Below are positions 20,526 through 27,579 of a stretch of DNA of 32,000 nt, piece by piece. Where the stretch lies: assembly GCA_026625185.1 (NCBI GenBank), contig CP113000.1, forward strand, positions 1,665,622 to 1,697,621, written 5' to 3'. The stretch's first letter is position 1. Each line of letters starts with the position of its first letter. Source of the DNA: Thermodesulfobacteriota bacterium. GTDB taxonomy: Bacteria; Desulfobacterota; WTBG01; JAGOGO01. Position numbers and translations under genes: made by a program. Under the pieces are notes generated by a model that did no database searches, had not been told where the DNA came from, and was given only the letters and a program-made list of their open reading frames with translations.

Positions 20526-22478
20526 TTAAAAAGAGAGCTTTACTCCTCCAAACGCGGAAATTCCCGCGGTATCGTAACCTTTTATTTCCTGATAGTGCTC
20601 GTTGAAAAGGTTTTCAATCCTCGAGAACAATTGAAAATGCTCATTGATGGTATAAGTCCCCGCAAGATCAACCCGGGTATAGGATTTTACCATTTCATTT
20701 TCGGGCCACCAGTAATTCAGCCGTCGTCCAATGTGATTCGCACTGAGCGTTGTCTGAAATTTTTTAAAAACATAATTGACCGACATACCGGCTTTGTTTT
20801 TCGGGCGGTTCAGCAACTGTCCACCATTTGTTTTATCTCTGGTTTCGGTGCGGGTATAGTTGGCAGAGATAGTGAGATTTTCTAAAGGATTAACAGCAAC
20901 TTCAACTTCGTACCCTTTTGCTTTAGCTTTGTTTAGGTTTATATACGTACTGGTATAGTCAGGATAGGTGTAATAGGTTATGTAGTCTTCATAATCATTA
21001 TGAAAATAAACAAAACTAAAACGGCATCGTTCATCAAACAACGTTTGTTCTATGCCCACATCAAAGCTTTTACTTTCTTCAGGGTTGAGATTTGGGTTTC
21101 CCCCTAAAAACCCATAATCTACGATGGCCGGGGCATACAGCTGATAGAGGGTCGGAGCCTTGAAGCCGGTGCCCCAGGTTCCTTTAAATTTAGTGCCGGT
21201 TTGGTGGACAAGATACGCCAAAGCAACTTTATAGGTGGTTTCGGTCCCGAACATCTCGTGGTCATCAACGCGGACACCTCCGGTTAAAAAAAGCTGGTCG
21301 AACAGCTTGAGCTGGTTCTGAAAATACCAGGCTTTGTTGTCAATTGTTTTTTTGGGAAACACGGACACTCCCCAGTTGTCAGCATAAAATGATTCTCCGG
21401 TCTCTTCCTTGTATTCAAACCCCGCGGTGATCACGTCAAAATCGCCGAGATACCAGTTGTTCTGCCATTCACCTTTAATGTTTGACGCGTCATACCAGCC
21501 TTTGGCTGAATAGAAGGGTTCATGGTCGTCCGGTTTATCCCGGTCATCCCGCTGAATGGTGTAGTAACCGAACTTCAGAATAGAGTCCCAGTAATCGGTA
21601 ATTTGTTGATTGTAACGGGCAAGATAAAGCTGAGAGTTGGTCTCTTCAGTATAGTTGGGATCATTGACCGTGCTGAGCGTATAATTAAAGAAATCATAAT
21701 TCCAATCGTCCAGATGCACCTTGGCGTCCTCCGAGCGGAAAACAAAATCAAGATTTCCTTTTTCGAACACCTGATAGCCCAGCCGTCCTGAGAACGCATT
21801 GTTTTCATAATTGTCATCCGCGCTAATCCCATTGCTGTCAACGCGTGCGCCGGAAAAGGAATAATCCCACTTTCCGATTTTGCCGTCTCCGCTTAAAATC
21901 TCCCGGAACGTTTCATCCGAGCCCCCTTCGGTGAGGAGAGAAAATTTGGGTTTGCCGGCGCCTTTTTTGGTGATGATATTGACCACCCCGCCGATCGCGT
22001 CAGAACCGTAGAGGGTGGATTGGGGCCCGCGGACAACCTCGATGCGGTCGATATTATCAGTCAACAGATCGGAAAAATTAAAAGCGCGGCCGGGACTGAT
22101 GGGGTCGTTTATTTCCATGCCGTCCATCATGACCAGGGTATCTTCCGAACGGCCTCCCCGGATAAAGACCGCTGTTTTTCTCCCCAGACCTCCTTCGCTG
22201 GAGACAGTCAGTCCGGGGACTTCCTGGAGGGCCTGTTTTACGGTCATGTTTTTGGCGTTATCCATATCCTCCGCCGTGACGACACTGACCGAGCTGGCGG
22301 TCTCTTCGATGCTTTGTTCCGTTTTGGTGGCGGTCACTACAATCGGTTTAAGGGTAACTTTTTTCGCTTGCTCTTCGGTTTGGTTTTCTTCTTCGGCTGC
22401 AAAACCAGCCGAAGAGAAAATCAGCGAGGTTAAGGAGACCACAAATAAACTTTTCATTAGATTCATGCTCGACTTCAT
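20526..22478 (-). CDS. btuB: TonB-dependent outer-membrane receptor, BtuB-like (cobalamin/corrinoid uptake), 650 aa
   Basis: Signal peptide, TonB box (KPIVVTATK), plug motifs ([27 protein letters not shown]) and a C-terminal beta-barrel ending in ..GGVKLSF. Preceded by a cobalamin riboswitch. GAGGG SD upstream of ATG 22478. Confidence 0.9.
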   Translation of the reverse strand: [650 protein letters not shown]

Positions 22479-22580
22479 TTTTTTTCCCTCTTTAATACGT
22501 TAATAGGTTAATTAGATTGTTTTTTTGCGAACGTTCTCTTCACCTCCCTCGGGGAAAAGGGTTGGATGAGAGGAGATCAG

Positions 22581-22619
22581 AAAATAAAAAAATCCCTGAA
22601 CCCAATGGATTCAAGGATT
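22581..22619 (-). terminator. Intrinsic terminator forming the expression platform of the cobalamin riboswitch
   Basis: On the minus strand, AAUCCUUGAA [9-nt loop] UUCAGGGAUU (10 bp including one G-U) is followed by UUUUUAUUUU. It sits between the aptamer and the btuB-like start. Confidence 0.7.
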
Positions 22620-22675
22620 GCACCCAGCTTGCTTCACCCTTTATCCGCGAAAGTGGCAAAAGTTATGTTTCTTAA

Positions 22676-22875
22676 GAGGCAGGTCTTCTGACTTTCTCGC
22701 GCCTTGAACTAACCTTCCCATTCCGATAAATCGGAGCAGTGGTTATGTCCGCAAAAAAAATTTTTGCGTAAGTTAAAGGCATTTACCTTACTTTTTTTGT
22801 AAGGTGCGGGATTACAGCGGCGGGACCGTTCCCGATTTTAACGGGATTCCCTTTTAAACCCCTTAGGGGTGCCTC
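22676..22875 (-). promoter_or_regulatory. Cobalamin (B12) riboswitch aptamer
   Basis: The minus strand reads AGAGGCACCCCUAAGGGGUUUAAAAGGGAAUCCCGUUAAAAUCGGGAACGGUCCCGCCGCUGUAA ... CCACUG...GGGAAGG ... then the B12 box AGUCAGAAGACCUGCC (22678-22693). P1 AGAGGCA/UGCCUCU closes the aptamer. Confidence 0.9.
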
Positions 22876-22892
22876 TTTTAATTTATTTTTTA

Positions 22893-22922
22893 ATAATAAG
22901 ATCATCCCACCAAATTTGTCAA
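22893..22922 (-). promoter_or_regulatory. Candidate promoter of the riboswitch-btuB transcript (TTGACA, 18 nt spacer, TATTAT)
   Basis: On the minus strand, TTGACA (22922-22917) and TATTAT (22898-22893) lie just upstream of the riboswitch 5' end. The -35 lies at the proposed IS boundary. Confidence 0.45.
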
Positions 22923-22924
22923 TG

Positions 22925-22964
22925 AAAAATTTTGGTGATTATCTATTTGACAAAGGTAAATGAG
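22925..22964. repeat. Left terminal inverted repeat of the IS1595-like element
   Basis: AAAATTTTGGTGATTATCTATTTGACAAAGGTAAAT matches the reverse complement of 25071-25110 (AAAATTTTGGTGATTATTTACTTGACAAAGGGTAAAT). There are 2 mismatches and 1 indel over about 37 nt. Confidence 0.85.
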
Positions 22965-22981
22965 ATTGATAATATGAAAAA

Positions 22982-23767
22982 ATGCAAATTAAAACAAGGA
23001 AAAGAAAACAATCTAAAAAAGTTGCGGGGGGGATTATTTTAACATTGGGTATCCCCATTGCATTTTATCAAGAGTATTTTAAGTATAATCCATATCTGCT
23101 TCCAATTATAGGTTTTGTAGCTATACTGTTTTATTTATGGGCCTTCATAACTTGGGATAAATTTTATAAATGGGAATGGTATTTTTATTCGAGGAGCAAA
23201 ATGATAAGTCTTGTAATTTTTATAGTCATTGGGTCGTGTGTGGGGGCTATGCTTGGGGCTGCCGAATGGTTTGCTATCCATAAAAGCAAAGAACACGTCT
23301 TGTCTTTAAAACCAGAAAAATCGCCACCAAAACAACTCACCCCAGAAGAAATAAAAGAAATAGCAAAGAAAGCTGCAAAAGATGAAGTCCTTAACATCAG
23401 TAAAATCCAACAAAATGAACTTACTAAAGAGTTTCCAGAAGGATTTGTTACTTTTGGAATTATAAAATCAGGAGAACCTTTAATTCCTGGTTTTGTCCCT
23501 GAGGGTGTTACAGTAAATTGGAACACTGGGGGAACTAGAAGTGTAACCCAAACGATGGTGTTGATTGAATTACCCGATATGACCATTAAACGAGGAGGTG
23601 GTACTATCAATTTCATCCACAACAGTGCCACCCTGCCACGAAAAACAGGATATATTGAGCGGGGTTTTGGTATGGAAGATTTACTCCTTCAGATTAAAGT
23701 TCTAAATGCCACCGAACCCGTCATTATTGCATTGGGGTTTGTGAAAGAAAAACAAAAAGAAAGATAA
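22982..23767 (+). CDS. Hypothetical membrane protein (passenger gene of the IS element), 261 aa
   Basis: Lys/Arg-rich N-terminus, three hydrophobic helices, then a soluble C-terminal domain of about 150 aa. No family recognised and no SD. The ATG sits about 7 nt after a TAATAT -10 box, which suggests a leaderless mRNA. Confidence 0.55.
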   Translation: MQIKTRKRKQSKKVAGGIILTLGIPIAFYQEYFKYNPYLLPIIGFVAILFYLWAFITWDKFYKWEWYFYSRSKMISLVIFIVIGSCVGAMLGAAEWFAIHKSKEHVLSLKPEKSPPKQLTPEEIKEIAKKAAKDEVLNISKIQQNELTKEFPEGFVTFGIIKSGEPLIPGFVPEGVTVNWNTGGTRSVTQTMVLIELPDMTIKRGGGTINFIHNSATLPRKTGYIERGFGMEDLLLQIKVLNATEPVIIALGFVKEKQKER

Positions 23768-23792
23768 ATGATGGAAAACCATATACTTAAAG

Positions 23793-23865
23793 TGCCCCCG
23801 CTGAGCCTCGAACTCAGAGCAACTAATTTAGCAGATTAGTTTCTTTCCAGTTGATTTACGGGGGC
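23793..23865 (-). ncRNA. tRNA-like cloverleaf (degenerate tRNA, anticodon-position GCU) inside the IS element
   Basis: The minus strand folds as a 7-bp acceptor stem GCCCCCG/CGGGGGC with A73. The 19-nt D region carries U8, A14, G18G19 and A21 but has no D-stem. The anticodon stem is CUAAU/AUUAG (extendable to 7 bp) with loop CUGCUAA (U33, A37). There is a 5-nt variable loop and a T-arm CUGAG-UUCGAGG-CUCAG. No CCA is encoded. Confidence 0.35.
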
Positions 23866-23867
23866 AC

Positions 23868-23916
23868 AAAACAAAAGGCGAGGCTTGCGACCAACCATAA
23901 AATCACTTACCTCGCC
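23868..23916 (-). terminator. Likely intrinsic terminator of the transposase transcript
   Basis: On the minus strand, GGCGAGG [26-nt loop] CCUCGCC is followed by UUUUGUUUU. It lies about 80 nt downstream of the transposase stop and ends 2 nt before the tRNA-like element. Confidence 0.5.
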
Positions 23917-23995
23917 TCGTTGTCTGAGTTCTCAACTCAACTAATCTGCTAAAAAAATAAAATATTCTTTTAAAATATAAAAATCAAGATATTTT

Positions 23996-24889
23996 TTAGG
24001 CAGATTTCCCAACAAGTTCCTTAAATTCCATTTTAGGAGCATTAAGCAGTTTTATAATAGTATCTCTAAATAAATATGGGTTCTCTCTATTGTTAAACCT
24101 CCATTCAAATTCATCAAGGTAAGCGTCCATGTGTTTTGCGCTGATTTGATGGTAAGACCCAATAATAGACCTTTTAAACAAAGACCAAGCGTTTTCAACC
24201 CCATTATTATGAATATTACCTCTTACCCATTCTTCCATACTATGATTAACTTTTTCATGGTTAAAGGTATTAATAAGGGATTTATAGGCTGGGAGTTCGT
24301 CAGTCATTACATTAGAACCTTTAGCGACTCTATCATTTACAATTCCAATAAGTATTTTTTTGCTCGCAGTTCTAATTTTTCTTGCCTCAAAGTTACCACC
24401 CCTTTTCAAAATTCCGATAACTGGTTGTTTTTCATATTTCTCTCTTTTTCTTCGGGGATCATATTTGCCGCCTACATAGGTTTCATCTACTTCAACTATT
24501 CCGTCAAGTTTGGGTTTGTTGGGTATTTCCTCGATAGCCTTTCTTATTCTGTGGCAAAGATACCAGGCGGTTTTATAGGCTATTTTAAGAGTTCTTTTAA
24601 GTTGAAGGGCAGATATGCCTTTTTTTGATTCAACCATGAGATATACAGCTATTAACCATTTCCAAAGCGGTAAATGAGAATCGTGAAAGATAGTTCCAGC
24701 AGTTACGGAGAATTGATAGCGACAGGAATCACACTCAAACTTTTTTTCTTTATATAGGTGAGAGATTTTATCAGAACCACAACGAGGGCATTTAACCCCC
24801 TCGGGCCATTTAAGGGATTCAAAGTATTTGCGACATTTATCGTCATCACCCTTGTATTTAGCAACAAGGTCAATTAAGTTATCTTCCAT
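23996..24889 (-). CDS. IS1595-family transposase (N-terminal zinc ribbon plus ISXO2-like DDE domain), 297 aa
   Basis: WPEGVKCPRCGS..FECDSCRYQFSVTAGTIFHDSHLPLWKWLIAVYL, then IVEVDETYVGGK, MTDELPAYKSL, HEKVNHS and NGVENAWSLFKR.. HMDAYLDEFEWRFNNR. ATG 24889 with GAGGTG 4 nt upstream is preferred over the TTG at 24901. Confidence 0.9.
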   Translation of the reverse strand: MEDNLIDLVAKYKGDDDKCRKYFESLKWPEGVKCPRCGSDKISHLYKEKKFECDSCRYQFSVTAGTIFHDSHLPLWKWLIAVYLMVESKKGISALQLKRTLKIAYKTAWYLCHRIRKAIEEIPNKPKLDGIVEVDETYVGGKYDPRRKREKYEKQPVIGILKRGGNFEARKIRTASKKILIGIVNDRVAKGSNVMTDELPAYKSLINTFNHEKVNHSMEEWVRGNIHNNGVENAWSLFKRSIIGSYHQISAKHMDAYLDEFEWRFNNRENPYLFRDTIIKLLNAPKMEFKELVGKSA

Positions 24890-25070
24890 AGGACACCTCA
24901 ATGAAAAAGAAGAAAAAACACCCTAAAGATATGAAAGCAAATGAAGTAATGGAACATGTTTTCCACCCCAAGGTTGCCAAACACCTGAGAAAACACGTTG
25001 AAAAGCTGTCTAAAGAAAAAGAAAAGTCTAAATAATTAATTAATTCCTTCATATATCCCACCTTACTCCC

Positions 25071-25110
25071 CTATTTACCCTTTGTCAAGTAAATAATCAC
25101 CAAAATTTTA
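25071..25110. repeat. Right terminal inverted repeat of the IS1595-like element
   Basis: Reverse complement of the left IR (see 22925-22964). On the minus strand it contains an inward-facing TTGACA (25088-25083) that could serve as the -35 of the transposase promoter. Confidence 0.85.
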
Positions 25111-25322
25111 AAATCTACCAAATTTTTTTATAATCATTTTGAAGTATTACAAATGGCCAGGATTATCTGGCTTCCTCCGACAAAGGGGGTCATTTGAGAC
25201 CAACCTAACGATCGGTTATAAAATTCATGAACTTTATTATGGTGATTTGGTCGATAAAATCGATTTGATTTTTAAAGATTTGAAAGATGTTGAATGGAAA
25301 ATAAATACTTCTTGATTTTTTT

Positions 25323-25350
25323 GTAAATTTTAAGATAATGTCAAGCCTTT
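25323..25350 (+). promoter_or_regulatory. Candidate sigma-70 promoter upstream of rpoZ (TTGATT, 16 nt spacer, GATAAT)
   Basis: Hexamers at 25323-25328 and 25345-25350, about 170 nt upstream of the rpoZ ATG. Confidence 0.35.
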
Positions 25351-25519
25351 TTAAAATAAAGGATTTTCTGGCGTTAAATACATAAAATCCCTTATAGCAG
25401 CTTTTTACCGTTTGAAATACACTTTTTCATAAAACATATCCATCTTCCAAAGTATTCCTGGAGTGAAATTTTAGGAAAAATAAAAAATCATTGCATTGAT
25501 TTCAAGGAGGATTAGCAGT

Positions 25520-25750
25520 ATGGCACGAGTGACGATTGAAGATTGTTTGAAGCAGGAAGGAAATCGTTATGTTCTGATTCATGGAGCCATTAAGAGAACC
25601 ATCCAGTTAAAAAAAGGATCAACTCCATTAATAAATTCTCCTGGTGAAAAATTGACTGTAATCGCTTTGCGCGAAATTGCTCAAGGGAAAGTAAAGATTA
25701 ATAGCCACATAACAAACGGGATACCCGGGGGAAATTCCACCCTCACCTAA
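25520..25750 (+). CDS. rpoZ: DNA-directed RNA polymerase subunit omega, 76 aa
   Basis: MARVTIEDCLKQEGNRYVLIHGAIKRTIQL...TVIALREIAQGKV matches the RpoZ consensus (MARVTVEDC..NRF.L...A.KRA.QL....ALREIA.GK). AAGGAGG lies 9 nt upstream of ATG 25520, so the ORF-track start at 25496 is rejected. Confidence 0.85.
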   Translation: MARVTIEDCLKQEGNRYVLIHGAIKRTIQLKKGSTPLINSPGEKLTVIALREIAQGKVKINSHITNGIPGGNSTLT

Positions 25751-25969
25751 TTTCTACCCTTGGTTTGTGCCAAAAGGACCGGTCATGGTTGTTACTGTCT
25801 ATTAAACATTTCCATTGGGCGGAGAAAGTTTTTTGTCCGCTCATGACGATTTTTGTTTTTTTGTTAGATTTGCGAACCCCTTTTTTTGACTTAAGTCATG
25901 GATTTTTTCGCGATCCGGGATTACTTTTCACTGTAACCAGGCACGAGGAAAGAGCGTTTATTTTTGAAG

Positions 25970-25997
25970 TTGACTCGAATAAAATCGTGCTTATTAT
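25970..25997 (+). promoter_or_regulatory. Candidate promoter of the sigma-factor gene (TTGACT, 16 nt spacer, TATTAT)
   Basis: Hexamers at 25970-25975 and 25992-25997. Confidence 0.4.
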
Positions 25998-26009
25998 TAG
26001 CATCACCAT

Positions 26010-27569
26010 ATGACGTGGTGTTATTTTGTAAGGCAAAAAGGAATGCTAAAAATAAATACAATCGAAGAAACTGAAGTTGTTGAACAAGGGTTTGATGAAA
26101 AGTCTGGAGACTACGATTCAATAACCCATCAATTTTCTTCTTTTGATTTAGAGGGGTTTTGGGATTTCGATGCCCGGAATTCTCTTCAACAAAAGGGCTC
26201 TTTTCTTCCTGAGGATGGGATCGACCATCTTTCTTCTAATCCCTCGGGAAATAATGAGGATGATGAAAAAGAGGCGGCTGAGGAAAAAGCGCTCAATATC
26301 GCCCACCTTTACTTTAAAGACATGGGCAAGCACAGCTTGATTGACCGCAAAAAAGAAAGTCATCTGTATTGGATGCTCTCTTTGAGAAAATCAGCGCTGG
26401 CGCGCATTCTGTTTACCATTCCTTTGATTCAGAACGAAGTCTTTCAATTAAGGAAAGAGGTTTCCACCGGGTCAACCACCATTGGTGATCTTCTCCATCT
26501 GCCACGGCAGGACAATGATTCTGATCTGGAAAAGATAAAAAAACACTTTCTGGCAACGATTCGTAAAGCTCGTGCGTTACAAAAGAGAAAATCCCGGTTT
26601 TCACAAGACCTTAAAAGAAAAAAGGTCGCCCGTTTTCTGGCCGGTTTGAACTGGAACGATTCTGCCATTAATAAATTCATCGATAATGTGGTTAAAGCTC
26701 AGGAAAGGATGCTTCAGGAAGAAAAAAGTGGTCGAGGGAATAAGAAGCGCAGCGAGAAAATAGCTCACATGGAAAAGGAAATGGGGGTGTCTCGCTCAAA
26801 ACTCTTCAGCTATTTAGCCGGCATAAACCGGTTAATACAACGCAACCAAAAGGATAAAAATAAGTTAATCGAGGCAAACCTCAGATTGGTTATCAAGTTA
26901 GCTCAGCGATATACTAACCGAGGATTACAGCTTTTGGACCTAATTCAAGAAGGCAACATCGGGCTTATCAAAGCGGTAGAAAGGTTTGAGTACGAGAGGG
27001 GTAATAAGTTCAGCACGTATGCTTCGTGGTGGATCAAACAGTCTATAAATCGAGCAATTGCCGACCAAAGGAATCTCGTGAGAGTACCCGTACATTTAAC
27101 TGAAGCTCTTGGCCGGTATTTTAAGGTGCGAAATTCTCTTGCCCAAACCTTGGCACGGGAGCCAAAGGGCGAGGAAATTGCTAAAGAAATGAAACTTTCC
27201 CTTGCCAAGGTAAATAATTTTCAGCTTCTTTCAAAGATTTCTCTGCCGCCTGTTTCTCTGGATACGCCAATTGGAGAAGATGAGGACAGCTCTTTAGGAG
27301 ACCTTATGGAAAATGCTGATACTCCTGATCCGGTTTATGCGTTGAATAAAAAAGATGAGATCAATGAAATTCACGAGTTTTTATCTTCCTTGAGTCCTCG
27401 CGAACAAAAGGTGCTCCGGATGCGGTTTGGAATTGATCAAGAGACTGAACACACCCTGGAGGAAGTGGGGATAAGTTTTAATCTCACGCGAGAAAGAATT
27501 CGCCAGATCGAAAAAGAAGCTATTCACAAACTTCGAAAGCCAATACAAAAACAACTTCTTAACCGGTAG
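26010..27569 (+). CDS. RNA polymerase sigma factor, sigma-70 family (RpoD/RpoS-like group 1/2) with a long atypical N-terminal region
   Basis: Region 2 ([64 protein letters not shown]), region 3, and region 4 ([30 protein letters not shown]). The true start may be ATG 26043 (MLKINTIEE..), given the promoter at 25970-25997. Confidence 0.9.
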   Translation: MTWCYFVRQKGMLKINTIEETEVVEQGFDEKSGDYDSITHQFSSFDLEGFWDFDARNSLQQKGSFLPEDGIDHLSSNPSGNNEDDEKEAAEEKALNIAHLYFKDMGKHSLIDRKKESHLYWMLSLRKSALARILFTIPLIQNEVFQLRKEVSTGSTTIGDLLHLPRQDNDSDLEKIKKHFLATIRKARALQKRKSRFSQDLKRKKVARFLAGLNWNDSAINKFIDNVVKAQERMLQEEKSGRGNKKRSEKIAHMEKEMGVSRSKLFSYLAGINRLIQRNQKDKNKLIEANLRLVIKLAQRYTNRGLQLLDLIQEGNIGLIKAVERFEYERGNKFSTYASWWIKQSINRAIADQRNLVRVPVHLTEALGRYFKVRNSLAQTLAREPKGEEIAKEMKLSLAKVNNFQLLSKISLPPVSLDTPIGEDEDSSLGDLMENADTPDPVYALNKKDEINEIHEFLSSLSPREQKVLRMRFGIDQETEHTLEEVGISFNLTRERIRQIEKEAIHKLRKPIQKQLLNR

Positions 27570-27579
27570 GAATCAGGAA

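Larger units (their letters stand above)
22918..25116. mobile_element. IS1595-family insertion element carrying a passenger gene and a structured non-coding region
   Basis: Inverted repeats of about 38 bp (22925-22964 and 25071-25110) bracket a transposase with IS1595-type zinc-ribbon and DDE domains. A 9-bp direct repeat ACCAAATTT (22909-22917 and 25117-25125) flanks the element 7-8 nt outside the detectable IRs. The exact termini are uncertain. Confidence 0.7.

Noticed and set aside
20414-20605. 63-aa ORF spanning the 34-nt palindrome (..VGATGRSPLQ..)
   Set aside because: This is a translation artefact of the palindromic terminator or repeat, and it overlaps the 3' end of the TonB-receptor gene.
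22909-22917. Treating ACCAAATTT (22909-22917 and 25117-25125) as a definitive target-site duplication
   Set aside because: It is not flush with the detectable IR ends (offset 7-8 nt). It also resembles the IR tip CACCAAAATTT, so it could reflect target preference or a partial IR copy. It is kept only as a tentative boundary marker.
23801-23841. Reading the 23801-23817 hairpin as an anticodon arm of a tRNA on either strand, and the 23821-23841 hairpin as a + strand anticodon arm
   Set aside because: On the + strand the loop has C at position 33 and no T-arm follows. The only self-consistent cloverleaf is on the minus strand, with 23801-23817 as the T-arm. Even that lacks a D-stem, so it is reported only as tRNA-like and not as a tRNA gene.
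24901-25035. 44-codon Lys-rich + strand ORF (MKKKKKHPKDMKANEVMEHVFHPKVAKHLRKHVEKLSKEKEKSK*) antisense to the transposase 5' UTR. Also the 60-aa minus-strand ORF at 24879-25061.
   Set aside because: No convincing RBS or promoter for either. The A-rich sequence easily yields Lys-rich frames. The region is better explained as the transposase leader. An antisense regulatory RNA is possible but I cannot support it from the sequence.
25496-25519. Upstream start for rpoZ (MISRRISS..) given by the ORF track
   Set aside because: The AAGGAGG at 25504-25510 lies inside that extension and is ideally spaced for ATG 25520. The RpoZ consensus also begins exactly at MARVT.
25765-26013. 82-aa ORF between rpoZ and the sigma gene
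   Set aside because: No RBS and odd hydrophobic low-complexity composition. It overlaps the predicted sigma-gene promoter and several T-runs and palindromes (for example TGACTTAAGTCA), so it is most likely non-coding.
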